Shown piece after piece: positions 1 to 9,286 of a stretch of 20,203 nucleotides of DNA. A program made the position numbers and the translations under genes. The notes under the pieces were generated by a model that searched no databases, was not told the origin of the DNA, and was given only the letters and a program-made list of their open reading frames with translations. Source of the stretch: Pseudobacteriovorax sp. GTDB taxonomy: Bacteria; Bdellovibrionota_B; Oligoflexia; Oligoflexales; Oligoflexaceae. The stretch spans positions 1-20,203 of the forward strand of contig JBNKNM010000091.1 of the NCBI GenBank assembly GCA_050293845.1, given 5' to 3'. Numbering within the stretch: the stretch's first letter is position 1; every line of letters begins with the position of its first letter.

Positions 1-2
1 CG

Positions 3-377
3 TATTTTCTAGATTGTTTTCGCAAATTCAAGGAATTAATAAGTCAAAAATCCAAATTTGTTTTCTGGACGTCTATAACAAACAGCTGGCAGTTGATCCT
101 CATTGCCAAGAAAAAAGGATTAACATATGATAAAATTAGAGCCTGGATTGACAAAAAGAATTTTCGCCCCATCAAAGCAGATTACATGACAAAAACAGGA
201 CGTAAAATTAAGCATGTTGAATTTATTAAATTTGACAATCTAGCTGGAGGCTTGCGACCATCAAAGATGGTGATCACCGATGCTACAGATAGTTCCAAAA
301 GCTCTATATTACGAATTGAAAAAATGTGGAAAACTTCCATTCCCTCGTCATTCTTTGTCACAGAGAACCTAAAATAG
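3..377 (+). CDS. Outer-membrane lipoprotein-sorting (LolA-like) protein, C-terminal part; 5' end outside window
   Basis: Frame is open from base 3 to TAG at 375-377. WQLILIAKKKGLTYDKIRAWIDKKNFRPIKADYMTKTGRKIK...RPSKMVITD...IPSSFF resembles the C-terminus of LolA-like sorting proteins. Directly upstream of an OM barrel gene, the usual arrangement. Confidence 0.7.
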   Translation, partial: YFLDCFRKFKELISQKSKFVFWTSITNSWQLILIAKKKGLTYDKIRAWIDKKNFRPIKADYMTKTGRKIKHVEFIKFDNLAGGLRPSKMVITDATDSSKSSILRIEKMWKTSIPSSFFVTENLK

Positions 378-1624
378 TGAAAACCTTAATTATAATCTGG
401 GGAATGTTATTTATCTCCAGTTGGGGCTTGTCACAGCATGAAGAATATCTTTCTCAAGTAACACATAAGTCAAAGCGTGAAATAGGATACTATAACGTTT
501 TTGATACTAGTGAAGGCTCCCAAAATGATGTCATCTATTATGAGGAAGATAGTCGTATCGTAAATAAAGCAGACTACAAAGCTTGGTCGCTACACTTTCG
601 TTTGCGACTACGATACGACTTTCGGGATCAAATGTCTGGTTTTTCACTATCCCATCATAACATTAGCCGCGAACTTCTATATGCATCAAAAAACTTTGAT
701 GATTCATCGTTAATTATTGGCTTACAAGAACTAACTTGGGGCGAGTCACTGATTTTTCCGATTATGGATATTGTTAATCCTAGAAATGTTCACTATCCGA
801 AAGGATTTTTGGACAGCGACTCAAAGATATCGGTACCAATGATAAACTTTGAAATTTATAGTGCTTGGGGCAACCTACAGCTACTTTATATTCCTATCAT
901 TCGTGCCACAGAGCTACCTGAGGAAATTGGTGATTATAGTGTTGAGAGGCAAAAATCTCCAGAGCTGCTTGATGATCAAGAGTTCGGTTTGCGCTATAAA
1001 TTTCCCTTTGATAGCTTAGACTTAAGGCTTTATGCACTCAGACATCGGAATCGGGAGCCTAGCTTTAGATTCAAACCATTCAGTGATGGCACTGACCTTA
1101 AAATTTCCCATAATGAACTCACAACCATTGGTTTAAGTGGCTCCATGGGAACTTTAACTCGGGTTTGGAAGCTCGATACCAGACATACCCCGGATCAAGT
1201 ATTATCCGGCATAGTAAGACGAACGGTAATCCGCAACCTGACACAAACTATGATCGGAATGGATCAAGCCATGGGCATCGATCATACCTTGGGGTTCGAG
1301 TTGCATTTTGATAACTGGGGACTGATGCCTGAAGCATACAACGACAGTGCTTTTGCGCAACCTAAAGATATTGATGGCAACCTAATATGGATGGGTGTCA
1401 ATCTACGCTTCAATCTCTTCAATCAAAAGCTGAAACCCCAAATTATTCATTTTCAAGGCATCAATAATCAAGATCGATTTAGTAGGATTAAAGTGACAAG
1501 TGAATTAGCTGATCGTCTTCAACTTACCATCGAGTATCAAGACGCCGAAGTCGACAGTTCCAGTCCCAAATTCATATTAAGCAAAGCAAAACGTATCCTT
1601 ACAGAAATTAAAATCTACCTTTAG
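377..1624 (+). CDS. Putative outer-membrane beta-barrel (DUF1302-like)
   Basis: Likely GTG start at 377 overlapping the upstream stop (ORF track starts at 326). Signal-peptide-like N-terminus, IGLQELTWGES...MDIVNPR motif, alternating beta-strand pattern, C-terminal EIKIYL. Confidence 0.65.
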   Translation: MKTLIIIWGMLFISSWGLSQHEEYLSQVTHKSKREIGYYNVFDTSEGSQNDVIYYEEDSRIVNKADYKAWSLHFRLRLRYDFRDQMSGFSLSHHNISRELLYASKNFDDSSLIIGLQELTWGESLIFPIMDIVNPRNVHYPKGFLDSDSKISVPMINFEIYSAWGNLQLLYIPIIRATELPEEIGDYSVERQKSPELLDDQEFGLRYKFPFDSLDLRLYALRHRNREPSFRFKPFSDGTDLKISHNELTTIGLSGSMGTLTRVWKLDTRHTPDQVLSGIVRRTVIRNLTQTMIGMDQAMGIDHTLGFELHFDNWGLMPEAYNDSAFAQPKDIDGNLIWMGVNLRFNLFNQKLKPQIIHFQGINNQDRFSRIKVTSELADRLQLTIEYQDAEVDSSSPKFILSKAKRILTEIKIYL

Positions 1625-1795
1625 GGCCTAATGCTGGCAAGAAGCCACTAGATAACCAGCTTAACATACTATATTTATTTAATAAGTTGAGAAATATGGC
1701 TTTTGACTGCCGGATTCACAAGCAATTTCAATTGCTAGTTTATTATATTTTCTCTGCATTTTCACACATATAACCAAACCTACCAAGAAAAAACT

Positions 1796-1811
1796 TGGCC
1801 TATCCTATGCA
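1796..1811 (+). promoter_or_regulatory. Candidate sigma54 (-24/-12) promoter of the cytochrome c/DUF1501 operon
   Basis: TGGCCT-ATCCT-ATGCA with exact GG-N10-GC spacing, about 35 nt before the start codon. Confidence 0.5.
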
Positions 1812-1844
1812 TATCCCAAAGCAACGACTAAAAAGGTGTTTACT

Positions 1845-3350
1845 ATGGTCTACCAATCAATGGTGGCAATTTTTCTCGTCATAAATGCTTGTACGGCCTA
1901 TGCAAAACCGCAAGGCCCCCATCTATTTTGTCAGGCAAATGCAGATTTTCCTTCCTGCGCAGGAACTGCGATAGCCTGCAATTATTGCCACTTATCGCAA
2001 CCTCCAGCCTTTAATCCTTTTGGAAAGTGTTTTCAGGCCACGCTCATTAATGAAGGTCTATTGTTCCCTTCTAGTAAAGAGGATATGTCGTCGGCTCTCA
2101 GTATGTTGGCAGCTCAAGATTGCGATGAAGATGGGATTAAAAATGAAGAAGAGATTCGTCGTGGCAGCCTCCCAGGAGATCCTAGCAGCCAGCCCAGCTC
2201 AAATCCTTGTATTAATGGGGGAACATTTGAGGATGATAGCGCTTATAAAACATGTAGCTACGATCAAGATTATGTTTACAAAAAAGTCTGGATTGATTTT
2301 TGCGGAGAATCACCCACCTTCGATGAGTACCACGAGTTCAAACAACTTTCCAGTCAGAATAAGACCTTGGAAATTGATCAGGTTTTGGATAAGTGCTTCG
2401 ACTCAGACCATTGGCTGGGAAAAGATGGTGTGATCTGGCAAATAGGGCACTACAAGATTAGACCAGTCGGCTCAGTCAAGCTTGGTGAGGACGAGGGATT
2501 GATTCCCATCGTCGATTACTATGCAGATTTCAACCTTTTTGTTTGGAGTCAAATCGATAATAACGATGCCCGCGACCAATTGTTAGCAGATTTCACTGTA
2601 ACAAGGTCTGGGGGCAAAGGAATACCAACACGCTATTCTCAACAAACACCGAGCAGACTACTGGATGGTCAAGTTATGCAAGAAGATCGTCGCGTTGGCC
2701 TTCTTACCACTTTTTGGAATTTAGGATTCTACTTGAATTATACAGCGGTAGCGCGCGTACTTGTGGCACAAGCTTTCAGAGCTTACCTCGGCATTAGTAT
2801 GTCCAAAATGCAAGGACTCAATCCTCCTCCCATAGAGGACAGCTTATTTCAGGATTATGATGCAAAAGGTGTCGACCGCCCTGAGTGTGCTGTTTGTCAC
2901 ACCACCATAGATCCTATTGCCTACCCTTTTCGTAATTACAATGGTTTAACAGGAACAAGTTCAGTCCTTCAGGGACAGAATGCTTCAGGGCTTTCAAGCG
3001 TATCTAATTTAGGTGACGAGGAAAACCTTACTCCCCTATCCTATTCACTACCTCGGCTTGAATTTTATGAAGATGTTATGCCTGGTATCTCAAAAATGCC
3101 TGAAGCTGGCTTTATTATGGGTAAGAGGGTGGAAAACCTTTACCAATGGGCGGAGATACTTGTTAACAGCGATCAGTTTGCTGCTAATTCTGTACGAGAT
3201 TATTGGAAAGTTCTTATCGGCTCAGACGTTAAGTCCTATCAGCAAAAAGAGTTTAAAAAGCTCTGGGAAAATTTTAAATCTGGTCACAGCTATTCTATTG
3301 AAGCGATGCTTCGTGAACTAGTTAAAACGGAGGCATACGGTGTACCTTAA
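1845..3350 (+). CDS. Exported protein with two c-type heme motifs (CNYCH, CAVCH); related to DUF1501-associated cytochrome-like proteins
   Basis: Signal peptide ending AYA|KP, two CxxCH motifs, acidic DCDEDGIKNEEE..G.LPGD loop, C-terminal AMLRELVKTEAY. ATG 1845 follows AAAAGG (ORF track uses GTG 1836). Confidence 0.7.
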   Translation: MVYQSMVAIFLVINACTAYAKPQGPHLFCQANADFPSCAGTAIACNYCHLSQPPAFNPFGKCFQATLINEGLLFPSSKEDMSSALSMLAAQDCDEDGIKNEEEIRRGSLPGDPSSQPSSNPCINGGTFEDDSAYKTCSYDQDYVYKKVWIDFCGESPTFDEYHEFKQLSSQNKTLEIDQVLDKCFDSDHWLGKDGVIWQIGHYKIRPVGSVKLGEDEGLIPIVDYYADFNLFVWSQIDNNDARDQLLADFTVTRSGGKGIPTRYSQQTPSRLLDGQVMQEDRRVGLLTTFWNLGFYLNYTAVARVLVAQAFRAYLGISMSKMQGLNPPPIEDSLFQDYDAKGVDRPECAVCHTTIDPIAYPFRNYNGLTGTSSVLQGQNASGLSSVSNLGDEENLTPLSYSLPRLEFYEDVMPGISKMPEAGFIMGKRVENLYQWAEILVNSDQFAANSVRDYWKVLIGSDVKSYQQKEFKKLWENFKSGHSYSIEAMLRELVKTEAYGVP

Positions 3351-3984
3351 GTTAACATTGCTTTTGAGCCTTTTACTGTATGGTTGCAATTTGAATAACT
3401 TTCAATCTAAGAAAAAGGAATCTTCGCCTGCAACATTCGATTCATCGAATGTTGCCAGGTCGCAAAAACTACAAGTAAAAAAGAAAAGAACCAATCAAAT
3501 TACGAGAAGTCTTTCTAAGATACTAGGAATGACTACGAATCAATTATGCCTCGAACTCGGTAAAATTCCGTGTGCGAACATAGTTCATAATGTAAGCCTA
3601 GGAGGCATGGATGCTTATTCTAATAGTCAGTATGAACTTGCCGAAAAAGATCCTATAACAGCTCCTATGGCTCTAGATCGATTAGTATTAGCTGCATGTT
3701 CCACCCGGGCATCCATTGATATTATTAATCCCAATCAAGGGGTTATCTTCAGAAATATCAAACTCACCGATGATGGTCGTCTAACGAGAAATGATGCTTT
3801 TTATAATTCCATAGACCGTCTATACCAAAGATCTTTTCTGAGAAACCCCAGTTTTGAAGAAGTTAAAGCTATGGAAAACCTTTATGTAGATATATACGAG
3901 GAAAACCCCATAGGAGCTGCTAGAAACTGGGCTGTATTAAGTTGTTATGTAGTGTTATCCAGCATCGAATTTATTTTTTACTAG
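3340..3984 (+). CDS. Lipoprotein of the cytochrome/DUF1501 cluster
   Basis: Lipobox LLYGC. IDRLYQRSFLRNPSFEEV and C-terminal VLSSIEFIFY resemble DUF1595/DUF1553-type helical segments. Overlaps the upstream gene by 11 nt. Confidence 0.65.
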   Translation: MYLKLTLLLSLLLYGCNLNNFQSKKKESSPATFDSSNVARSQKLQVKKKRTNQITRSLSKILGMTTNQLCLELGKIPCANIVHNVSLGGMDAYSNSQYELAEKDPITAPMALDRLVLAACSTRASIDIINPNQGVIFRNIKLTDDGRLTRNDAFYNSIDRLYQRSFLRNPSFEEVKAMENLYVDIYEENPIGAARNWAVLSCYVVLSSIEFIFY

Positions 3985-3994
3985 AGGAGCTTTA

Positions 3995-5530
3995 ATGAAA
4001 AAATCCTATAATCGTAGAGAATTAGTCACGCGTCTGAGCCTACTGGGCCTTAGCTCTCATATTTTGTTGCAAGGCTGCATTAAAAACGAAATGATCGATA
4101 AAAGATCAGGTTCGCAGCAAGGTTTTGGAGCCTTAGGCTATAAAAACGATCCCAAGTTTCTTTTTGTTTTTGGTGCCATGGGGGGAGCTTCCATAAACGA
4201 TAGTTTTCTAGCAGTTCGCCAGTCGGAGTCTGATTTTGCCAGTGAATTAAACACATTTCCTGATGATTGGGTTAAATCCATTGAAGGTACTCATTTGCGA
4301 GCTGTGGATCTTTCCATGAATGATATAGGTCCGCTGCCCTTTCCGGTAAGATCGAACCAGTCACTTTTTTTAGAAAAACATTTTCGTGACATCCTAGTTG
4401 CTACAGTAGAACACTCCACTGTTAGTCATCCTCTTGGCCAAAAAAGAATACTTACCGGAAATGATGCCTGGTTAGGACGAACATTACAGGAAGTTGTAGC
4501 CCTTGAATATGGGAGTGACATGGCTATTCCGAATGTAAATATGTCCTCTCTAGGTTTTGCCGAAGCCGGTTCCGATAGTAGTATTCAGAATGAAGCCGTA
4601 GCCGAAGTAATATCCAATCCAAACTTTTTTACTTTGGGTTTACACGGATATAAAGGAGTGCCTGGAGCTCCAGAAGGTCGTTTGGTGGATATTGCTAGGC
4701 GCTACCGTAAACAACTTGATAAAAATAGTGAATTTTATAAGACATTTAGCAATGCCGACAAAATTCAAGATTGGCTACTATTACGCCAAGAACGCCAAAA
4801 ACGTATTGAAACATTAAGCCTCATTGATAAACTGAATATGTTTGAAGAGACCAGCGATCTACCCTTTTCAGACTTTGGCTTGCATCCTAACCCCAGGGGT
4901 GATGCCATACGAGAAATGTTTCCTGACTTGGGTGCTGATCCATTACAAACTCAGGCAGCATTAGCTTATATGTTGATTAGTCAGGGTATTTCCACTACAG
5001 CTACCATCGGCCTCGGAATGAACGTTACCATAAATGGCAATGATGCTGACAACCCGCTTTTGACCAACACGCCAACAGGCTTCGATTACTCTCACAATGC
5101 TCATCGTGGTACTCAGGCTCTGCTTTGGAATCGATCATTGGATATTATTGATAGATTAATCACCCTTTTGCAGAGAACTGAGTATAAAAAAGGTGACAGT
5201 CTATGGGATCGTAGTTTAATTTTGATTGCTACTGAATTCGGTCGCGATAAATCTCGTCCTATGGATGCCGAAGAATTCACATCAGGACATAACCAAAATA
5301 ACGGCATCACTATAATTTCACCCATGGTTAATGGGGGTAGGATACTGGGTGGCGTTGACCCCAATACTCTTTTAACTTATGGTTTTAACCCAGAAACTGG
5401 AGCACCTGATCCTCAGCGTAAAATGACAGAAAAGGAGATTTTTTCTGGAATTCTCCAAGCAATAGGTATTGACACCAGCGAAGCAAAACTACCAGATATG
5501 AGCGCCATGAGAAAGAGGGGGGTGATATGA
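3995..5530 (+). CDS. DUF1501-like protein with twin-arginine signal
   Basis: RBS GAGGAG. YNRRELV Tat motif then LLQGC (possible lipobox). Motifs GAMGG, FDYSH, LIATEFGR, H..., GGRILG typical of DUF1501. Confidence 0.8.
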   Translation: MKKSYNRRELVTRLSLLGLSSHILLQGCIKNEMIDKRSGSQQGFGALGYKNDPKFLFVFGAMGGASINDSFLAVRQSESDFASELNTFPDDWVKSIEGTHLRAVDLSMNDIGPLPFPVRSNQSLFLEKHFRDILVATVEHSTVSHPLGQKRILTGNDAWLGRTLQEVVALEYGSDMAIPNVNMSSLGFAEAGSDSSIQNEAVAEVISNPNFFTLGLHGYKGVPGAPEGRLVDIARRYRKQLDKNSEFYKTFSNADKIQDWLLLRQERQKRIETLSLIDKLNMFEETSDLPFSDFGLHPNPRGDAIREMFPDLGADPLQTQAALAYMLISQGISTTATIGLGMNVTINGNDADNPLLTNTPTGFDYSHNAHRGTQALLWNRSLDIIDRLITLLQRTEYKKGDSLWDRSLILIATEFGRDKSRPMDAEEFTSGHNQNNGITIISPMVNGGRILGGVDPNTLLTYGFNPETGAPDPQRKMTEKEIFSGILQAIGIDTSEAKLPDMSAMRKRGVI

Positions 5531-6504
5531 GGATTCAAACATTTATTATATTCATTACATTTATAGTGTTTCTTACATCTTGTTCTACAATCGCTCAGTG
5601 GGCAGCACCTGCAAAAGCAAAAAAAGTATCACATGGAAAAGAATATAAGCAAGCTGAGAAAATTTTCTGGAATGCTTTCCATAGCGGACAATACCAAAAA
5701 ATTCCTTACTTACTTGAAATATACAAAAAGATTTATATTGAAAATCCAAATCACTACGAGGCAGCGGCACGCATCGGATTTCTTCACACTTGGGCGCTTT
5801 CTGAACGAAGGCGACTAAAAATAATATTACCCTCGATTATAGATAACGCCACTTTGTGCCAGAAGTATTTTAATGAAGCCTATCATATGAAAGCCGATCC
5901 ACGGTACTTAGGATTTTGGGCGTCATGTATTCTGGCAGAAGCTGAAATTCATGGTCAAGAGAGGGATCTTCGCAAAGGTTTTTTTCTCATGAAAGACGCT
6001 ATTTCAAAGTGGCCCGAATTTAATAACTTTACCGGAGGCTATGTCTTGAGTAACCAAGAGCATAGTAGTGAATTTCTAAACTTGGCGGTTGAATGGCAAT
6101 GGGACAATCTTGATGTTTGTACTGACGAGAAAGTAAATCGTAAAAACCCTGACTATGAGAAATATTTAGACCAGGAGGTCAAAAGAGGGCGCAAACGTGC
6201 CTGCTGGAATTCTAAGATCGCACCCCATAACTTCGAGGGTTTCTTCCTTAATATGGGGGACCTGTTGGTTAAAAATGGTGAACCGGAAAAGGCCAAAAAA
6301 ATTTATGCGAATGCGAAACTGTCGAAAAGCTACAGCGCGTGGCCATTTGCTAAAGTGTTAGAAGCAAGAATAGCGAATGCTAAGAAAAACGTGATTGAAT
6401 TTCGCAAAGAGTTTTCATCTGGAGAAATTCCCTCTCACCCCATTATGATGTTCAATACCAGTTACTCCTGCATGGCTTGTCATCAAAAAAAAGGTCCGGA
6501 ATAG
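5527..6504 (+). CDS. Helical lipoprotein with a C-terminal c-type heme motif (CMACH)
   Basis: ATGA overlap with the upstream stop, lipobox FLTSC, TPR-like helices (LNMGDLLVKNGEPEKAKKIYANA), CMACH near the C-terminus. Confidence 0.7.
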   Translation: MRIQTFIIFITFIVFLTSCSTIAQWAAPAKAKKVSHGKEYKQAEKIFWNAFHSGQYQKIPYLLEIYKKIYIENPNHYEAAARIGFLHTWALSERRRLKIILPSIIDNATLCQKYFNEAYHMKADPRYLGFWASCILAEAEIHGQERDLRKGFFLMKDAISKWPEFNNFTGGYVLSNQEHSSEFLNLAVEWQWDNLDVCTDEKVNRKNPDYEKYLDQEVKRGRKRACWNSKIAPHNFEGFFLNMGDLLVKNGEPEKAKKIYANAKLSKSYSAWPFAKVLEARIANAKKNVIEFRKEFSSGEIPSHPIMMFNTSYSCMACHQKKGPE

Positions 6505-6539
6505 CCCTTAATATTAAGCTTTTCCTGACCCAAATAAGC

Positions 6540-7583
6540 TTAGTGACTGCACAGCTTCGTTTGTAAAGATGAGATTTGGTAAGTTCTATCTAAATGCCAA
6601 GGATCAACAAGGACTTCAGGTGTTTGATATATTCTTGGAGTCTTATAAAGCCAATAGAGTGCTTTGCCGTGGCTTGGGGCGACATAATACTCCCCATAGT
6701 ACTGTTTCAACCAACTGCGAATTTGCGGCGTTTGGCTCCAATTCATAGCAGGAAACAGATGATGCTCAATATGATGACTGAAATTAAAATGCAAAAAATC
6801 AATCCACCGTGGAGCATTGATGCTCATTGAATTTAGAAGCGGATGAGGTGATTGAGGCATTAAAAAGTGGTTGGTTGCGATATATGACATTATAGTAAAG
6901 TTACCTAGCATCATAGGAATAATGATGATAAATAGCGCATTATAGGGTCCAAGAAAAGCTCCTAAACTCACCCACCCCACCAGCATTAGCATAGACTCAA
7001 TAATCGCTCTCGTTCTGTTGAACCCTCTAAATGCATAAGCATGCTTACTTTGAATCCATAGAACAACCTGTCCGTGAAAGCTGAACCAGTAAAATAGAAA
7101 TAAATAGCTCAGCCAATGTCCGCTTCCAGGAGCTAGTTTGGTAACAAGCCTTGTAGAACGAACCCGGTTACACCTCTCTAAAGTTCCGAAACTATCGGGG
7201 TCAAAATTTCCCTGATTAGTATGTCCATGATGAGCTTTATTGTGCCAAAATCTCCATAGCTGAGGAGAAACAAGAAATGCAGAAAGACCGATATAACCGG
7301 CTATGTTTTGTAAAACCCTATTCCTGGTAACACTACCATGGAGGGTTTCATGAGCTAAAAATGCAGCGGCACCTGCCAGTACAGCCAAAAGAACCGATCC
7401 TATTAACATTACATACCATGGCCCCGAGTAAATATACATCAAAGATCCCAAGGCGAGGATTAAAACTGTAATAGGAAGATATAACCAAATTTGAGCTGGC
7501 CGTCTGGTAAAAACATTCTCGGGTAGCTCCCGCATGATAGTGCGACGCATATTGAGAGGTGAAGGAAGGGATGCATTTTCCAT
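6540..7583 (-). CDS. Membrane-bound fatty acid desaturase (Bacillus Des-like)
   Basis: Three His boxes HETLH, HNKAHH, HIEHH, several hydrophobic segments, GGAG RBS. Confidence 0.92.
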   Translation of the reverse strand: MENASLPSPLNMRRTIMRELPENVFTRRPAQIWLYLPITVLILALGSLMYIYSGPWYVMLIGSVLLAVLAGAAAFLAHETLHGSVTRNRVLQNIAGYIGLSAFLVSPQLWRFWHNKAHHGHTNQGNFDPDSFGTLERCNRVRSTRLVTKLAPGSGHWLSYLFLFYWFSFHGQVVLWIQSKHAYAFRGFNRTRAIIESMLMLVGWVSLGAFLGPYNALFIIIIPMMLGNFTIMSYIATNHFLMPQSPHPLLNSMSINAPRWIDFLHFNFSHHIEHHLFPAMNWSQTPQIRSWLKQYYGEYYVAPSHGKALYWLYKTPRIYQTPEVLVDPWHLDRTYQISSLQTKLCSH

Positions 7584-7619
7584 TGGTAAATCTCCATAAT
7601 TAGTCTATACCCAGCTATA

Positions 7620-7635
7620 AGCAATCAATAGACCA
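7620..7635 (-). promoter_or_regulatory. Candidate sigma54 promoter of the desaturase
   Basis: Minus strand TGGTCT-ATTGA-TTGCT, GG-N10-GC, about 36 nt before ATG. Confidence 0.55.
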
Positions 7636-7783
7636 ATTAAGTTTGCTGACATTTGTTTTACAAACACGAGCTAGACCTATTGACTACCATGAATTTACAG
7701 ATAAACGCGGAGGATCTATTTAAGCTCCTATTTCGACCTTGATTGATTTGCTGCAATGAGCAGTGAGAAAAGACACAAGGATC

Positions 7784-7816
7784 ATGCAAAACCAGCTTCC
7801 TTGGCTGGTTTTGCAT
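7784..7816. repeat. Perfect 13-bp inverted repeat between divergent promoters
   Basis: ATGCAAAACCAGC-ttccttg-GCTGGTTTTGCAT. Confidence 0.8.
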
Positions 7817-7858
7817 AGTAAATACAGATAATCTATTTTTGCTAAACTCATATTTGTT

Positions 7859-7874
7859 TGGTATAGTTGTTGCT
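7859..7874 (+). promoter_or_regulatory. Candidate sigma54 promoter of the Cip1-like lipoprotein
   Basis: TGGTAT-AGTTG-TTGCT, GG-N10-GC, 40-50 nt before the start. Confidence 0.55.
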
Positions 7875-7915
7875 CTTAATTCCAAACCGGCAGCTTTAAC
7901 TTCCAACAACACGAG

Positions 7916-8773
7916 GTGAGTTTTATGGTTCCAAATTTCAAAGTACTATTATCAGTTGGTATAGGATGTCTTCTTGTAAATTGTTCACAGCTATCCACAG
8001 ACAACGCAAAAGACTCCACTGAACAATCTATACCAGCTACTGATAACAATGACAAAACTACACCAACTTCAAATGAAGAAACAAAAACGGACGCTTCTGA
8101 TTCTACTACTCAGGAAGAAGCCAGTCTTTGCGCTGATGCCAATTTACTGCTTTGCCTAGATTTTGAAGACCTCAGCCCTGGACAAACCCCACAAGGAACA
8201 CAGATTGGTGCTAATATAACAGTAGTCAATGACACTGCTAACAGTGGAACAAAGTCTCTACGATTCACCACCAACAATTCCGGATTTCCCTATCAAAGTA
8301 GTTATATAAGGGTAAATAATATCCCTGGATCTCACTGGGGTCGCATCTTCTATCGGGTAGAAACTGTTAGCAACCCCGCTGAATACACCCATATTAGTTT
8401 TGTCGCTGCGATTACTCCAGATTATGAAGTAAGACTTGTCGACACAGTTCGAGGTCCCGATGCTACCCATCAGTATCTTTATAATTTTAGTGATGATGTG
8501 GGAGGAAAAGGTTCTTCTTACAATTGGAGATTTGATGATAGTTGGGTCTGTGCCGAGTGGATGGTGGACAATACTAGCCAAGAGTATCAATTTTATCGTA
8601 ACGGTCAGCTGGTGGAAGAAATATCAGGTTCAGTAGCTGGGGATCATACTGGTATTCCTCAAACATACCAATGGCTGGGTTTTGGAGCACAAGTATACCA
8701 AAACGGACCAGAAATTACGGGGTGGATCGACGATGTCGCCCTTAGTGACAGTCGTATCGGCTGTGAACGATAA
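7916..8773 (+). CDS. Lipoprotein with S/T/D-rich linker and Cip1-like/concanavalin-type beta-sandwich domain
   Basis: Lipobox LLVNC, low-complexity linker, LC...LLCLDFE, HWGRIFY, WVCAEW and WIDDVALSDSRIGC motifs. ATG 7925 after GAGG is an alternative start. Confidence 0.65.
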   Translation: MSFMVPNFKVLLSVGIGCLLVNCSQLSTDNAKDSTEQSIPATDNNDKTTPTSNEETKTDASDSTTQEEASLCADANLLLCLDFEDLSPGQTPQGTQIGANITVVNDTANSGTKSLRFTTNNSGFPYQSSYIRVNNIPGSHWGRIFYRVETVSNPAEYTHISFVAAITPDYEVRLVDTVRGPDATHQYLYNFSDDVGGKGSSYNWRFDDSWVCAEWMVDNTSQEYQFYRNGQLVEEISGSVAGDHTGIPQTYQWLGFGAQVYQNGPEITGWIDDVALSDSRIGCER

Positions 8774-8795
8774 TGCGTTTCTTTTGACAATACTT

Positions 8796-8833
8796 TCTAC
8801 TACATACAATAACTAAGCATTGTATGTAGTAGA
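8796..8833 (+). terminator. Perfect 15-bp hairpin after the lipoprotein gene, probable terminator
   Basis: TCTACTACATACAAT-aactaagc-ATTGTATGTAGTAGA, 22 nt after the stop; AT-rich stem, only a weak U tract. Confidence 0.5.
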
Positions 8834-9286
8834 TCGCGTTTATTATCGGTAGTGAGACAACTACCATCCTTGTGGGCAAACCTAATTTTTTTGATTAGTG
8901 GGTTATACCCTTGCTGTTTCAATTGTGGACAATTCTTTTCCAGTAATAATGAAAAATCTGGGCACATCAATAAAACATAGTTTTAATAGCAGTGCAAAAT
9001 TCGGACGTCTATTGAAACTCCAAATCTGTTCTTGTCCTAATTAATCTAATAAAAACAATATATTAGATAGATAGGATGCAAAAAATGAGTCTTAAGAGCT
9101 ATCTTATAATCACTTTATTTTCAGTATTATTTTTACAGTTAATCTCGTATGAGAGTCCAAAAGAGAGCCCTTCCGTGAAATTATTCGCATTTCACAACCT
9201 GAAGACGCTGAAGTATCTGACTTTGGAGATCAGATATAGAATAAATATGTTTTTATAATCATCTTTTTGTTTTAAGTGAGATTATT

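Noticed and set aside
2020..5818. Alternative-frame ORFs 2020-2433, 3013-3321, 5113-5364, 5585-5770, 5633-5818
   Set aside because: Fully nested in well-supported longer genes; no motifs.
6594..8636. ORFs 6594-6830, 7658-7912, 8258-8590, 8436-8636
   Set aside because: Shadow ORFs of real genes, or spanning the divergent promoter region.
9076..9258. 60-aa ORF with hydrophobic N-terminus
   Set aside because: Short, AT-rich, no recognisable motif; could be real but is unsupported.
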